DNA from: an uncultured virus (IMG/VR IMGVR_UViG_3300047157_000140)
Lineage: Duplodnaviria > Heunggongvirae > Uroviricota > Caudoviricetes > Crassvirales
Direction: 5' to 3' (one strand)
Virus record (IMG/VR): IMGVR_UViG_3300047157_000140
DNA length: 64,000 nt
In this document: piece by piece, positions 1 to 11,900 of the stretch
Numbering within the stretch: position 1 is the stretch's first letter
How the letters are laid out: each line of letters opens with the position of its first letter
Program-made: the position numbers and the translations under genes
The notes under the pieces: model-generated
The model's database searches: none
The model's input: only the letters and a program-made list of their open reading frames with translations
What the model was told of the DNA's origin: nothing

Positions 1-3000
1 CTGAAATCAAACTCTGCGCCAGCAGCTTCTAGGTCAGCTGACTTTAAAGCAAACTCAGTAGCGTCTATTTTAATATTTTTACCATCAGGCATTTTTACTA
101 ATATCTTACTATTAGTTCTAGCTAATGTGTCATCAAAATCAAATACACTTATACCTTTAGGTGTTTTACTAAATTGATTTTCTGCTTTTATTATATTAGC
201 AGATTTATTGTATTCTGTTTTAGAGTATTGTAATCCCGTGTCTATAATCTTACCTGTAGAAACGTCATATAACCTTAATCCTGTACCTGAATATCTGTTA
301 TCAGTAGGTTTAGATCCTACTTTGTGATCTATACCCATAGCTGATTGAGTACCATCTTCTCTAAGTTTTTTATCAATTACATCTGGTAAAACCAACGTGG
401 CATAATTTTCTAATTCTGCAACTAAAGTTTCTTTATTACCAGTTATAACATAGTCATATACTAATCCTTTTATGTAATCAGCTGGTATCATATGCTCTAG
501 TACACCTGGGTCATTTTTTTTAGTTGAGAAATTTTTATATGTCAAAACATTATCATCACCATCTAACATTAAAAACTTAGGGCCAGCCGCTGCTTTACCA
601 ACACCAACCATGTTTCCAAACTGAGTGGCTAAAACCCACTGCACTTGCTGGTATGTTAAATCACCATCTACAATACCTTTTCTTAACACATCTGCTAGCT
701 TTAACAATACACGTCTATCTTCTAAACTGCTATTATATAGTTTTTTTACAAAATCTTTTTTACCGTTATCATCAAGTTTGTTAAATGGATTTCCATAATA
801 CCAATCTTTTTTAGTTATATTACCGTCTCTAAAAAGACCTTTTGTAGACTCTATTTTTAAGTTTCTATTTGTATCTTTAGTATTCTGAAATAATGAAAAA
901 CGAAAAACATTTCTTTTACCGTTACTCTTGAACTCTGGTATAGCCGTTGCTTCAGATTTTAATAATTTTTAAACCAGCACTGTCATTAACTTCAAAACCA
1001 GCTACTTTGGCTGGGTTTGTTACACCTTGATATATACCTCTTATAAATTCATTTTTACAGTTAGGTTTTTTCTTAGATATATATTCTACGGCTTTTCTAC
1101 CTTCTATTAACACCATTTAATACTATTCTAGATCTGGCTGTACTTTTAATGCCGTGCTTAGCGTTTAAAGCTTTAACAGTAACCTCACCGTCAGTTATTT
1201 TTTCATGTAGAGTTTTCTATAGCAAAATCTAAGACCTTTTTCTATTACTTATAGACTCGTATGTGTTTTTCACCATCCAAGGTTTACCTAATTCTTCAGC
1301 TATTTTTCTAGCATCTTTTATGTCAGAAGCTTTTAGCACTTGAGATATAGCTTTTACTAACCACCTTTCGTTAGTTCTTTCAATGTAGTTAGTTCTATAT
1401 ACGTGTTTAGCGTTATGGAGTCACTTAAAGCATCTATAACAGCTTTACTCTGTTCAGACTCGTACATTGTTTTACTGAACTGAATGGTAGTGTCAAAACC
1501 TCTATTTTCAATAGCTTTCTTATCTAGACCTACATTTATATCTTTTATTAATTGCTCAAGCTGTATGTCTGCAATTTTAATGCCACTCATCTCAGCAACT
1601 TCAAGAAGCTTTTTAAGAAACTTACCGTCTGTCAGTAAATGACTAACCTCTATTTTATTATATTCAGCCGCTATTTCTTTAGCAAGTTTTAACTGCCTAG
1701 CTTTAAGCGTAGTATAACCACCTAATGTAAAATAAGCACCCCACTCTCCTCTAGTAGGTGCTGTCATTTCAAAGATAGCGTTACCTTGGGCTGTTTTTTC
1801 TCTATCTAATTGTTTAAGCTTAAATAGTTTACCGTAAGATTTTTTTATAGAGCTCAACGGAAACGATTTAACGGCTGTTTCATAACTGTCGTTGATAAAC
1901 TCCTTGTATTTTTCACTAACAACTAAGTTACCTCCTTTGTTAGATATTTCACCCATCTGATCTTTTATAGTTCTAGATATATACTTGTCAACATTTTGCT
2001 TCTATGTTTTCTATTATTTTACTCAGTTGCTAATTGCACTCTACCGATGTTTTTAATTAGCACCATGCTAACATCTCTTAAAACATCTTTCTTAACAGTT
2101 TCGCTATAAAAGTCTTTATTTTTTCTATCTTTAAGTTTATCAAAGCTAGTTAGTTTTCTAGCCTTTTTACCTTGATCTAAATTAGATACTTGGTTTGCTT
2201 TGTTGCTTACTGACTTTTTTAAAGTACCGTCTTCTCTGTTTAAGCTTTCATTAGCAGCGTCTTTAGCAAAGTATTTAAATACCTCTTTAGATCTTTCTTT
2301 AAAAAAAGTATTAATGTAAGCAGCTACATTGTTGTACTTTTGTTTTTCAGATTCAAAATCTTGAACTAATCCAACTACGTTTCTAGCTTTACTGTTTGCT
2401 TTTTGACTAGGTATCTTATCATACAACATCATAGCAATCATGTCTTCTTTTTTACCTTCAAAGACCTAGCTTTTGATTTGGCGTGTAGTTACTACCTTCT
2501 TTTAAACTATTAAAAACAGATTCTGCCATACCCCTGTACTTATCATAGCTATTTCAAAACCTGCTTCTGTTTTATTTTCGCTATATTGTTATATATGTCG
2601 TTAACTTTCTTAGCTTCTGCTGATGTTTGTGAGTACTGTACATTTCCAGCAACATCTACATCACCAATCTTTGTTTTAGCTTTACCTTCAGCTTTATCAA
2701 CAGCTTCTTCAGCTCTTTCACTTAGCTTACCTTCTTTGATACTAGTATTGTATTCTTTAAGAAAGTTATATATACCGTCACCTGTTTCAAAATTAATGTT
2801 TTCAAAACCTAGTTTAACAAACTGATCTTTAAAAAAGTCACTAATTTTTTGTGTTATATTTTGCTCTGCCATTACAGCATCAAAATTATCAGTAAAAACA
2901 TTTAGGTACTCTGTATCGCTTGGTTGAGTACCTAGCTTTTTTTCTATTATTTTTCTTTGCCTAGAGTTTAGTTGTTTCTTAAACTCATTAACTATTTTAC

Positions 3001-4909
3001 CTTGACTACCTATACCACCTATTAAAGAATTAAGTATAGGATGTAAAACCTCGTGTTGAGCAACTGTGACAGCGTTAACTTTTCTTGCTCTAGCTTTGTT
3101 TATAAAAATTTTACCTTTACCAACAAAAGAACCGTCAGATATTTTAGCGTCACTTTTACTAACCTCTTCAAAACTTAAACCTTGATCTTTAGCAATAGCA
3201 TTAAAATAATCATTTTCATTTTCGAAATCCTGAACATCTAAACCTTTTCTTTTTGCAAAAGACTCTATAGCTTTATAGTTTTTATTGTAAGCATTGTCAA
3301 ACTTGTTAGATCTTGCCTGTGCTATAGCTTGCTTTCTTTGATCTTGAGTAGCTACGTCTTGATTGTTTTCGTATTTTAACTCAATTTCTTTTATTTGTTG
3401 TTTTAAACTAGAAGCTTTGTTTTTAGAGGAAACTGTTGACTTACCAGATAGTGAATTAACTTCTCTTTCAAGTTTTATTATTTTAGCTCTATCAGCCACG
3501 TCATTAACTTGGCTGTTTATATCCATGTCTATGTTAATGTCTTGTTGCCTGTTTTGAATTATTTGATTCATGACAGGGCTATTTTCTACTGAAAAATCAC
3601 CACCAACAAAAGCTTCATCATCTAAAGACATTATAGTTTCTTGAAACTTTTTACCGTTCATCTCCTCACCGTTAATTTTATACTTAGGATTGTTTCTTAT
3701 TCCTCTTTTAACAGTTGAAGCTAACGTAAATGTTTTATCAGCAACACCTTCTAACAAATATTCTTTTGGATCTATGTCTTGTCCAGCAGCAACTTGACCA
3801 CCTATCTCACTAACTATTCCGCCAGCTGTTTCAGTAGCAGCCATACCACCAGCTTGTAGTAACTTTGTTCCTCTTGATAAAGAGCTTTTAGCTGCTCCTC
3901 TACCTATACTTGTACCAACTCCTAACGTAACCATACCTGTTACAGCGTCTACAAAACCAATTGTATTACCTCTAGCTACAGCTTTACTTTTTATATCATC
4001 ATAAAGATCTTTGTTAGAGGTCATTTCTTCAAGCATTGATAATTTACCTTCACTTGAGCTTGAAGTCCATTTATCACCATACACTTCAGCTCCTTTTTCA
4101 TTTAAAAGATCCATAGTAGTAAAACCTTTTTCTAAAGTTTTTGATATACCACCCATAAGTCCACCACCAGCTCCTTGTAAAGCTGTTATAGTGCTTAAAG
4201 CTTTTCCAACTCTACCAGGAATCATTTTACCGTACTTGCTAGCCGCAAATCCAGCACCAAACCCAGCTGAAGCTCCTTTTAAAGCCGTTTTAATTGACTC
4301 ACCATTTTGTAAAGAGGAAGCCATCATAGCCATAGATTGCATAGAGTACTGAGTCATCACGGTTTTGTTTTCTGACCAACCCATAAAAAAAGCTTTAATA
4401 CCACCGTGTTTTTCTACATTTTTAGCATAAGTATCGTCAAAAGCTTTCATCTCATCTGTTCTACCTATATTTAAAGATGTATTCATATCTTTAACTAGCT
4501 CTTCCTTTTCAGATTCACTCATTCCAGACATACCTTTGTTATGTAGGTTTAACGAAGAATCTAGTGTTCCACCCAAATCCCAACCAGCGCCTCCTGATCT
4601 AACTACATCAGATACCCAGTCAACAGCTCCATAAAGAAAACCCATGTCTCCTTTACCTTTAGCCTCTTTGTTTTTAGCATCTACGTAATCTTGTCCAAGA
4701 AAATCTTCAAAAGCGTTATTCTCCTCTTGTGATTCCGATAAAGTATTTACCGAATTGGAGTCCGTATCTTCTGATCCCGTGTTTGACTCCACTTGTACAG
4801 GATCCGATGTCTTTCCCGGCGAGTTGTAAGATTTTATAACAGTTGCTATATTCTCTTCAGGCTCACCAGCCTCGATCATGCGCTGCACGATTTTTTCTAG
4901 TTCGTTCAT
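1..4909 (-). CDS. Giant internal virion (ejection) polyprotein, N-terminal/central part; frameshifted and running off the left edge
   Basis: ORFs 2549..4909, 2019..2441, 1357..1956 and an open frame to position 1 join up across small indels. Contains a Gly/Ala-rich region, HExxH (AQHEVLH), a sigma-2-like stretch and a HAD-like VFDFDDTL near 130-155. Last gene of the tail/ejection block. Confidence 0.7.
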
Positions 4910-6091
4910 TTATTCTGAGTATTTCTCTATTAATGATTGTGCGTCTCCGCCACTTGGTTTTTGTGTTTTAGGCCACATATCGTCTGGTATGTTTTGGCCT
5001 GATAATATATATTGTAAGTCGTTAGGATCGTTTGGATCTACAACTATTTCTTTACTCCCGTTGTAATAAGTATATAATCCTTCTTCTTCTTCTAAAGGTA
5101 CTAGCTCATCATTACCACTAAGTGTTCTATTTAAAACAGATGGATCTCCTTGACCTAAAGCTTCCCAACCAGCATTAATGTTATCTAATCTAGCCTTGTA
5201 TTTTCTACTAGAAGCTGTACCGCTATTAAATCTTCCTTTACTTTGATTTGTGTTGTAACTATCTAAAGCAGTGTTTTTAAACATGTCTAAGTAAGAGTCA
5301 GTAACTATTTGTTTAAGCTCTTCTGATCTTGAATCGTCATATATAAGATCTCTAGGTAAACCTAAACCACCTTCCATTATAAAGTCGTCCATAGCTAAAG
5401 ACTTAACAGTGTCTCTATTGTTCATCATTTTGTTTAGCTTCAACCTGTATATTTGTTCTTGTCCTTTAGACAAAGGTGCTTTCAATTTAAAAGCTTGTTC
5501 ATTCATGTTTAGTATTTCACCAGCAGCATTGTTATCTTTAACCGTGTAATCAGGCAGGTCATTAAACTTTATAGCTCCACCGTCATTTTCAAACATTAAA
5601 TCACCTGAATCACTTATTAACATATCCATTTTATCAGTATAAATACCACTTAACATGTTTACTTTATTAGGATTATTAGCATCACTTAAGTTACCTGCAT
5701 AACTAGTTTTTAAATACTCGTCTTTATACGTATGGTAATTTGTAAGCTGATTGTTTAAATTTTCAAATGCAGATTCTTTTTCTTGAACCATTTGTCTAAG
5801 CTGTAGATTTTGAGGACTACCAGCAGGAGTATTTTTTATTCCAAGTTTTAATTTTGCTATTTCAGATTTTTTAGCAAAAGCCCATTTTTGTACACTTCCT
5901 TTATATTTAGCTGGTATTTTAGCTAGCTCAACACCATCTGGCAACTTATCTAAATAAGCATTTACTCTATCGTTGTTTATTTGTTTAGCTTGCTTTTCTC
6001 TGAAAGCTATGTTTGGATTTTCTTCTTCAGATGTATTCGGGTTTTGTGGACCTGCTAAATCTTGTAAGTATTGTTTTGTCTCTAATGCCAT
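4910..6091 (-). CDS. Putative internal virion protein
   Basis: Intact 393-aa ORF lying between a pilot-like gene and the giant gene; synteny only. Confidence 0.55.
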   Translation of the reverse strand: MALETKQYLQDLAGPQNPNTSEEENPNIAFREKQAKQINNDRVNAYLDKLPDGVELAKIPAKYKGSVQKWAFAKKSEIAKLKLGIKNTPAGSPQNLQLRQMVQEKESAFENLNNQLTNYHTYKDEYLKTSYAGNLSDANNPNKVNMLSGIYTDKMDMLISDSGDLMFENDGGAIKFNDLPDYTVKDNNAAGEILNMNEQAFKLKAPLSKGQEQIYRLKLNKMMNNRDTVKSLAMDDFIMEGGLGLPRDLIYDDSRSEELKQIVTDSYLDMFKNTALDSYNTNQSKGRFNSGTASSRKYKARLDNINAGWEALGQGDPSVLNRTLSGNDELVPLEEEEGLYTYYNGSKEIVVDPNDPNDLQYILSGQNIPDDMWPKTQKPSGGDAQSLIEKYSE

Positions 6092-6104
6092 CTTTTGTTA
6101 TTTA

Positions 6105-6779
6105 TTAAGATTCTCGATGATTAGCACCACCTGGTAAGAATGTACTACCAAAACCTACGGCCTCACCAATACCACCCATTAATTGTTTTGTAGCTCTTTG
6201 TTTTTCAGCTATAGCACCTTCGTATCTTTGACCAGCTCTACTTAACATACCGCTAGTTCTAGCAGCTTGAGCTCTTCTTGTATACATTTCACCTTCTACT
6301 TGTCTAGCATTCATCTTACCTTGTTCCTGCATTACAGTTAGTTGGTTAGCAGCTTCTTGCTGACCTATACTAGATGTTGCTTGTTGTAAGTTTTGTGACT
6401 GTTGATTAGCCATTGATTGAGCTAGAGCTGCAATACCAGATCCACCAGCTGCACCTTGTAGGTTCTGCATAGTGTTACCTAAAGCTTGTTGCTGCTGTTG
6501 AGCTAACATATCAGCTTCTTGTGTGTTTACTGTTAAATCTTCATATACGTTTTGCTGATTAGCATAAGGGTTAGATATGTCTTGACCCTCTAAAGCAGCT
6601 AATTGTTTGTCATAACCAGCTTTAGCCTCTCTCATCTCTTTTTTTCTTGCTCCACTACCTATTATTCCACCTGCTATTTTAGATCCTATTTTAAGACCAG
6701 CGGTTATAGCTAAAGGGCCTATACCGTAATTTATACTAGGTTCTACGTATGGTAATGTTTCTAATAATTCTATTATCAT
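6105..6779 (-). CDS. Putative DNA ejection/pilot protein
   Basis: 224 aa with a Gly-rich amphipathic N-terminus and Gln/Ala-rich coiled coil, the usual composition of podovirus pilot proteins. Confidence 0.6.
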   Translation of the reverse strand: MIIELLETLPYVEPSINYGIGPLAITAGLKIGSKIAGGIIGSGARKKEMREAKAGYDKQLAALEGQDISNPYANQQNVYEDLTVNTQEADMLAQQQQQALGNTMQNLQGAAGGSGIAALAQSMANQQSQNLQQATSSIGQQEAANQLTVMQEQGKMNARQVEGEMYTRRAQAARTSGMLSRAGQRYEGAIAEKQRATKQLMGGIGEAVGFGSTFLPGGANHRES

Positions 6780-6800
6780 CTCTTTAAATTTTTATATTTA

Positions 6801-6811
6801 TATAATTACAC
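6801..6811 (-). promoter_or_regulatory. Candidate middle/late promoter element RTGTRATTATA
   Basis: GTGTAATTATA upstream of the 6779 start; near-identical copies at 41245-41255 (-) and 49888-49898 (+), all intergenic. Confidence 0.4.
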
Positions 6812-6812
6812 G

Positions 6813-7157
6813 TTATCTGCTACTTTCAACTACTTCAGAGCTAACATGAAATATTTCAGCAGCGGTAGTGCTGTTATTTTGTAAATCAATTTCAGCGTAG
6901 TAACCAGCTATGCTACCCATATTAACCGTATTGTCTTTACTAAACAATATAAAGTCAGTAGCTGAAGGTCTAACTGCAAAAGGCTCTATGTTACAAGATA
7001 TTGTAAAATCTGTAACAGCTGTTATAACACCTATTTTTTTTATATCTCCGGCTGTATTAAAACCTCCAACAGCAGAAGTAGACGCGTAATAAGCAGTGTC
7101 ACCTATCTGAACTGAATCTTGTACCGGGTATGAAAAAGTTAATGTTATATTTGCCAT
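6813..7157 (-). CDS. Small structural (tail) protein
   Basis: 114-aa beta-rich ORF in the tail block. Confidence 0.5.
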   Translation of the reverse strand: MANITLTFSYPVQDSVQIGDTAYYASTSAVGGFNTAGDIKKIGVITAVTDFTISCNIEPFAVRPSATDFILFSKDNTVNMGSIAGYYAEIDLQNNSTTAAEIFHVSSEVVESSR

Positions 7158-7166
7158 GTTTTATTT

Positions 7167-8969
7167 TTATGGGTTATTTGTTAAACTAACAGCTATGGTA
7201 AACGTCATATCAGAGCTGGCATCTATTACTTCATCTAGTTTTGCAGTCCAACTATAATGTAAATCTTGAGCTGGAGCAACACCAACTAAACTAGTAGGCG
7301 ATATTGTTAAACCTTGTGTTTGATGAAAAGCTGACGAACTTGTTGCTGATATGCTTAGCGCTATTTGTTGTAAATTATTTCCGTAGAAGTTACCATACAT
7401 AACACCAGTACCACTAGTTAAGTTTGTTAGTGATAAAGTTCCATACGCTACTGTTTTAGCCGCTGTGGCACTATTACCATTACCATCGTTATATGATGCT
7501 CTATGTGCCCCTAATATTAGTCCACCACCTGCTCCAGTAACTGTAGGTGTGTATAATCTAAATCCACTAGAACCACTAACACTTTCTGCCGCCATAAAAT
7601 TACCAAGATCTAACACGTGAGAAGACGCTGTTGTTCCAAAGAAATCTACAGTAGAAACAACAGTAAACGTTAAAGATTTGTTGCCAGAAGCGTTTAAAGT
7701 AGATGGGCTAACCGTAACACTTGTTACATCTATAGACGAGTCTGTACCTGACGATGAGTTAGTATTAGTAGAAATAAAATCTTCAGCTAATGGTAGTCTT
7801 GTTAAAACCATATCAACGTTATCTGTTAAAACTAAAACAGATGTTACTGTTTTTGTAAAATCATACTCAACAAAAGGTTGACCAATGTGTACAGCTGAGG
7901 GATCAGATGTAAAAGTTCTTGAATCTGTAGCCGCATCTGTTTTTACTGTATATGTAACATCACCTATTTGCGATATAGAAAAAGTAACCTCTTGATCACC
8001 ATTAGAATCTATGTTAGCTGCTAGTTGAGATCCACTAAAAGGCACGGTGCTTAACGTAAAAGTATATAAATCATTATCAGTTACAGCTGGTATATTTATA
8101 TCAAATAAAATTAAACCAGAAGAAGGTATTGTACCTGTAAACGAAACTCCATTAACAAAATCACTTGTTGTGAAGTTGTATGATAAAGAGTCTTCGTTAA
8201 CCATACTTAATCTAAATTGAGCTCCAACATCTCCATATATTACTAGTTTTCTAGTACCCCTATCAAATGTCATTGCTGACGTGTTTAATCTAAAAGCTGT
8301 TATTTTACCTGTAGAAACAGCTGCTATAGTTCCACTAGCGTTTGCTACAAAATCTATATTATCACCACTTATAGTTTCACTAGGCACAACCGCTTTTACT
8401 GTAAATGCTCTAGCAGTTAAGTAAACATCGCTAGTGTAAGTATCTGTTACTGTTACAATATAAGTTTCTTCTAAACCAGTAGCTATAGTATACGAAGGTG
8501 GTGTTTCAAAGAACTTACCTGACGAAGCTGTAAATGTTTTAGTGAATAAAGTAATTGTAGAACCTACAACACCCGATCCACTGTAAGCAACGCTTGATTG
8601 ACTAGCTGGAGTCGCGTTAGTTACTACACTATCTAAAGTACCACTTATTGTTCTTGGAACTAGCTTTTTTAATATAGCCGCTCCATCTATATCTATAACA
8701 AAATCAACATCAGCACTAGGTGTAAATGAATTATTTATATCAACCGTTACAGTAACCTCGTTGTTATCAGCGTACGGTGTAGTTGAATTAGCTAAAGTTA
8801 TACTAGCTATACCTGTAATACTACCTGTGTTGTTAGCAAAATCAGAAGCTTGTAAAACATAACCATTGTCAGGTTTTATTTTTAAAACTAAACTTGCTAA
8901 AGAACCTACAGCCTGCCCACCTGGTGTCTGTGTTGATGTTGAGTTTATAGTACAGTTAGTTAATGCCAT
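7167..8969 (-). CDS. Tail-associated beta-rich structural protein
   Basis: 600 aa, Thr/Ser/Gly-rich, directly follows the nozzle gene. Confidence 0.6.
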   Translation of the reverse strand: MALTNCTINSTSTQTPGGQAVGSLASLVLKIKPDNGYVLQASDFANNTGSITGIASITLANSTTPYADNNEVTVTVDINNSFTPSADVDFVIDIDGAAILKKLVPRTISGTLDSVVTNATPASQSSVAYSGSGVVGSTITLFTKTFTASSGKFFETPPSYTIATGLEETYIVTVTDTYTSDVYLTARAFTVKAVVPSETISGDNIDFVANASGTIAAVSTGKITAFRLNTSAMTFDRGTRKLVIYGDVGAQFRLSMVNEDSLSYNFTTSDFVNGVSFTGTIPSSGLILFDINIPAVTDNDLYTFTLSTVPFSGSQLAANIDSNGDQEVTFSISQIGDVTYTVKTDAATDSRTFTSDPSAVHIGQPFVEYDFTKTVTSVLVLTDNVDMVLTRLPLAEDFISTNTNSSSGTDSSIDVTSVTVSPSTLNASGNKSLTFTVVSTVDFFGTTASSHVLDLGNFMAAESVSGSSGFRLYTPTVTGAGGGLILGAHRASYNDGNGNSATAAKTVAYGTLSLTNLTSGTGVMYGNFYGNNLQQIALSISATSSSAFHQTQGLTISPTSLVGVAPAQDLHYSWTAKLDEVIDASSDMTFTIAVSLTNNP

Positions 8970-8970
8970 T

Positions 8971-11900
8971 TTAGTCGTTGTTTTCTTTTAAAGTTATAGT
9001 TATGTTAGCTGGTGCAACATCACCTGAGATACTTGCCATGTTACCAATACCTTGAACAGAAAACTCCTCAGTATCAATGTTATCTAAAGTTGTAGCAGTA
9101 CCATGTATGAAATTAAACCATTTACCTTCTTTACCTTTAAACTCATTTGCCTTACCTGATTGTAAGTCTGTTTCAACAGCTGTGTTAAACCAACCAAATT
9201 TACTTGTATTGTTATAATATTCAGTGTCACTTAAGTCTTGTTTCCAATAAGGTTGAGATCCTTCGTAATTAAGAGTTTTAAAGCTTTTAACCACATCTGG
9301 ATTATCGTTAAATATTAATTTTATACTAGAGTTATATTGTACTCCATAGAAATTATTTCTAACTTCATTGTCATGAGAGTACATTTCTCCGTTTTTAAAT
9401 GTATAATACATGTTATTTAGTGATATACCGTTTTCTGGTATATATGATTTTCTACTTGGCCAACCTGCTACGTTTTCTTTAAACGAAACAGTGTCATCAG
9501 CACCTCTAACTGTATTACTTTGTAATGATATATTGTATGATCCTTTTTTGTCGTCAAAAGAACCTATAGCTATTTGACTAACCGCTAGTTTGTCTGTAAA
9601 GTAATCAGCCATACCTTTAGGTGATAAAGGTTCTAAACCATCTCTAGATAACCTTAAAACAGTTCCTCTGGCTCTATCAGTAAAATAACTTCTAAAACCG
9701 TACTTAGCAAAACTTTCTGGGTTTAAACTTATACCAAAGTCACCTACATAAGGCATTGATTGACCTAGAACAGCGTTGTTAGATGTTATATTCGCGTTAC
9801 CATCAGCATTAAATAACGCGTCTTTATTTGTCAACACTCTTAAAACTTTATCTTCACAAAAAACAGTAACATCAGTATCTCTAGTATTAAGTTTTTGTAT
9901 GCTACCATACTCTGGGTTAAGATCTTTAGTTATAGATTCAGCCATTATAAACTGATTTAATCTATTTACACTAGCTGTAGAGTTAAATATACCTGAAAAT
10001 ATTAAACCATTTGTTTTTACCTCTTCGTTATATTGTTCAGCAACAGTGCTACTAGCTTTAACACCTTTACTTATTTTTTTAGCGTTATAGTCGTCTCTTA
10101 TTCTATTAGATTCAACACCATTAGCAAAAGAATAACAGTTATGGTAATCTAAAGCTATATCGTTGCCGTGTGTGCTAATAGCGTAAGCATTACTAGCTTC
10201 GTAGTATATATCTAATTCAGCAACCTCTTTAGGTTCAGTTTCCCATATACCTGGATTATCTGTAGTGAAACCATCTAAATCGTCTTCATCTACGTAAGTT
10301 GTACCTATTTGTATAGGTGTGTGATATTGGTAACCATCTATTATATTAGCAACATTATCTTCTGGAGCCCATTGTATTGGTTTATCTAGTTTTATTGTAA
10401 ATATTACAACCCTTGAAGATGCAAAAGTACCTGTTCTTCCACCACCATTGCTTTTTCTACCTTTATACATTATAGCCCCACCTCTTCTATACCCTTTTAT
10501 TTCGTAAGCTGTAGAATCAGGATCGCCAGAAAACTTTATATAGTTGCCGATTGTTTGTAAAGAATTAACAAAATCTTTATGCTCAGGAGCTACTGTGTTA
10601 CCAAATTTAATCCACTCACCCCAAACAACATCATCTTGGCCGCTGTTAGTGTTTTTACCTTTTTTACCAAAATTATGGAAAGCTAGTTCAATAACTGTCT
10701 CACCTTGCCTTATTCCATATGCCTGTGTGTTTTCAACAGTACTACTTGATACTTCACCTAAGTTTCTATTTACCTCTACATCTCCTTCACCGCCTAGATC
10801 TTTTGACCATTGATATTTTTTAAATCTTGGTATAAACCAATCAGCCGCTAAACCAGTTCCAACACCTTTGTCTTTCTTTTTCCAATAATTATACCTAGTA
10901 CTTGATCCACCACCAGTGTTAGAGCCTAGCGATGTACCCGCGTCGTTTCCAACTTGCCAAAAGTTATTTTGAGATAATACTCTTATTTCGTCTATGTTAT
11001 TAAACTTTAAAATGTTTTGTTCTAAAGTAGAATCTCTATATATTTTAGCAAAAAACCTTCCTTGAAACTCTGGTTTTAGTTTTCTAACTTTTTGAGCAAT
11101 TTCTACCGTCATAGAAACACTTTGTATTGTGTTGCCATCTCCTACAGTACCTAGCCAATTAACATCAGACTCATCAAATGCTTTTTCTATATTTATTTGC
11201 CAGTATTTGTCTTCAGGGCAATCAGTGCTTGTTCCAACGAACTCTAAGTTACTAGCTGCTCCTTCATACACTATGTTAGCTATATCGTAATACTTAGTTA
11301 CGTTGTTACCTTTCTTGATTCTAACCATTAAGTCAGTTAGTGTATGTATTGAGGCTGTAGATAAATCAATATCATCACTGCTACCAGTGGTTCCACCAAA
11401 ATGTGGTTTCCATAAAGTTCTAGGTATCCTTATTTTTGTAGTACTTTTTTCTGGGTAACCACCATCAATGAATAAATTACCATTACTGTCTGCTGTAGCT
11501 ATACCTTTAGATACTTTCTGAATTGTTAAAAAATCAGGAGCATCATTTTCTATAGCTATAATCTTATACCTAGCTTCTTCTTCTACAAAAGCATCACTAT
11601 CGTGTTTCTTCTTAAGTATTATAAAAGTTTCGTCGTTAACCTTGTTTCTTTCTGCGGACGGAAAAGCTAACCAAACGTTACCATCTTCAGCAGGATAATG
11701 TCTATCCATTGCTAAATTATAGTACTCAGCCGATGTTTCTTTTAAAAAGTATTTATAGTGTGTTGCCCAAGACGGAGGGTTGTTTAAAAGTTTTACTTGT
11801 AAGATATTCCAGTTTACAGCTTGTGATTTAGGTAATTGAATAGACCCAGTTGTATCTGTTAGCACTGGTGTTTCTCTACCAAATTCATCTCTATAAACTA

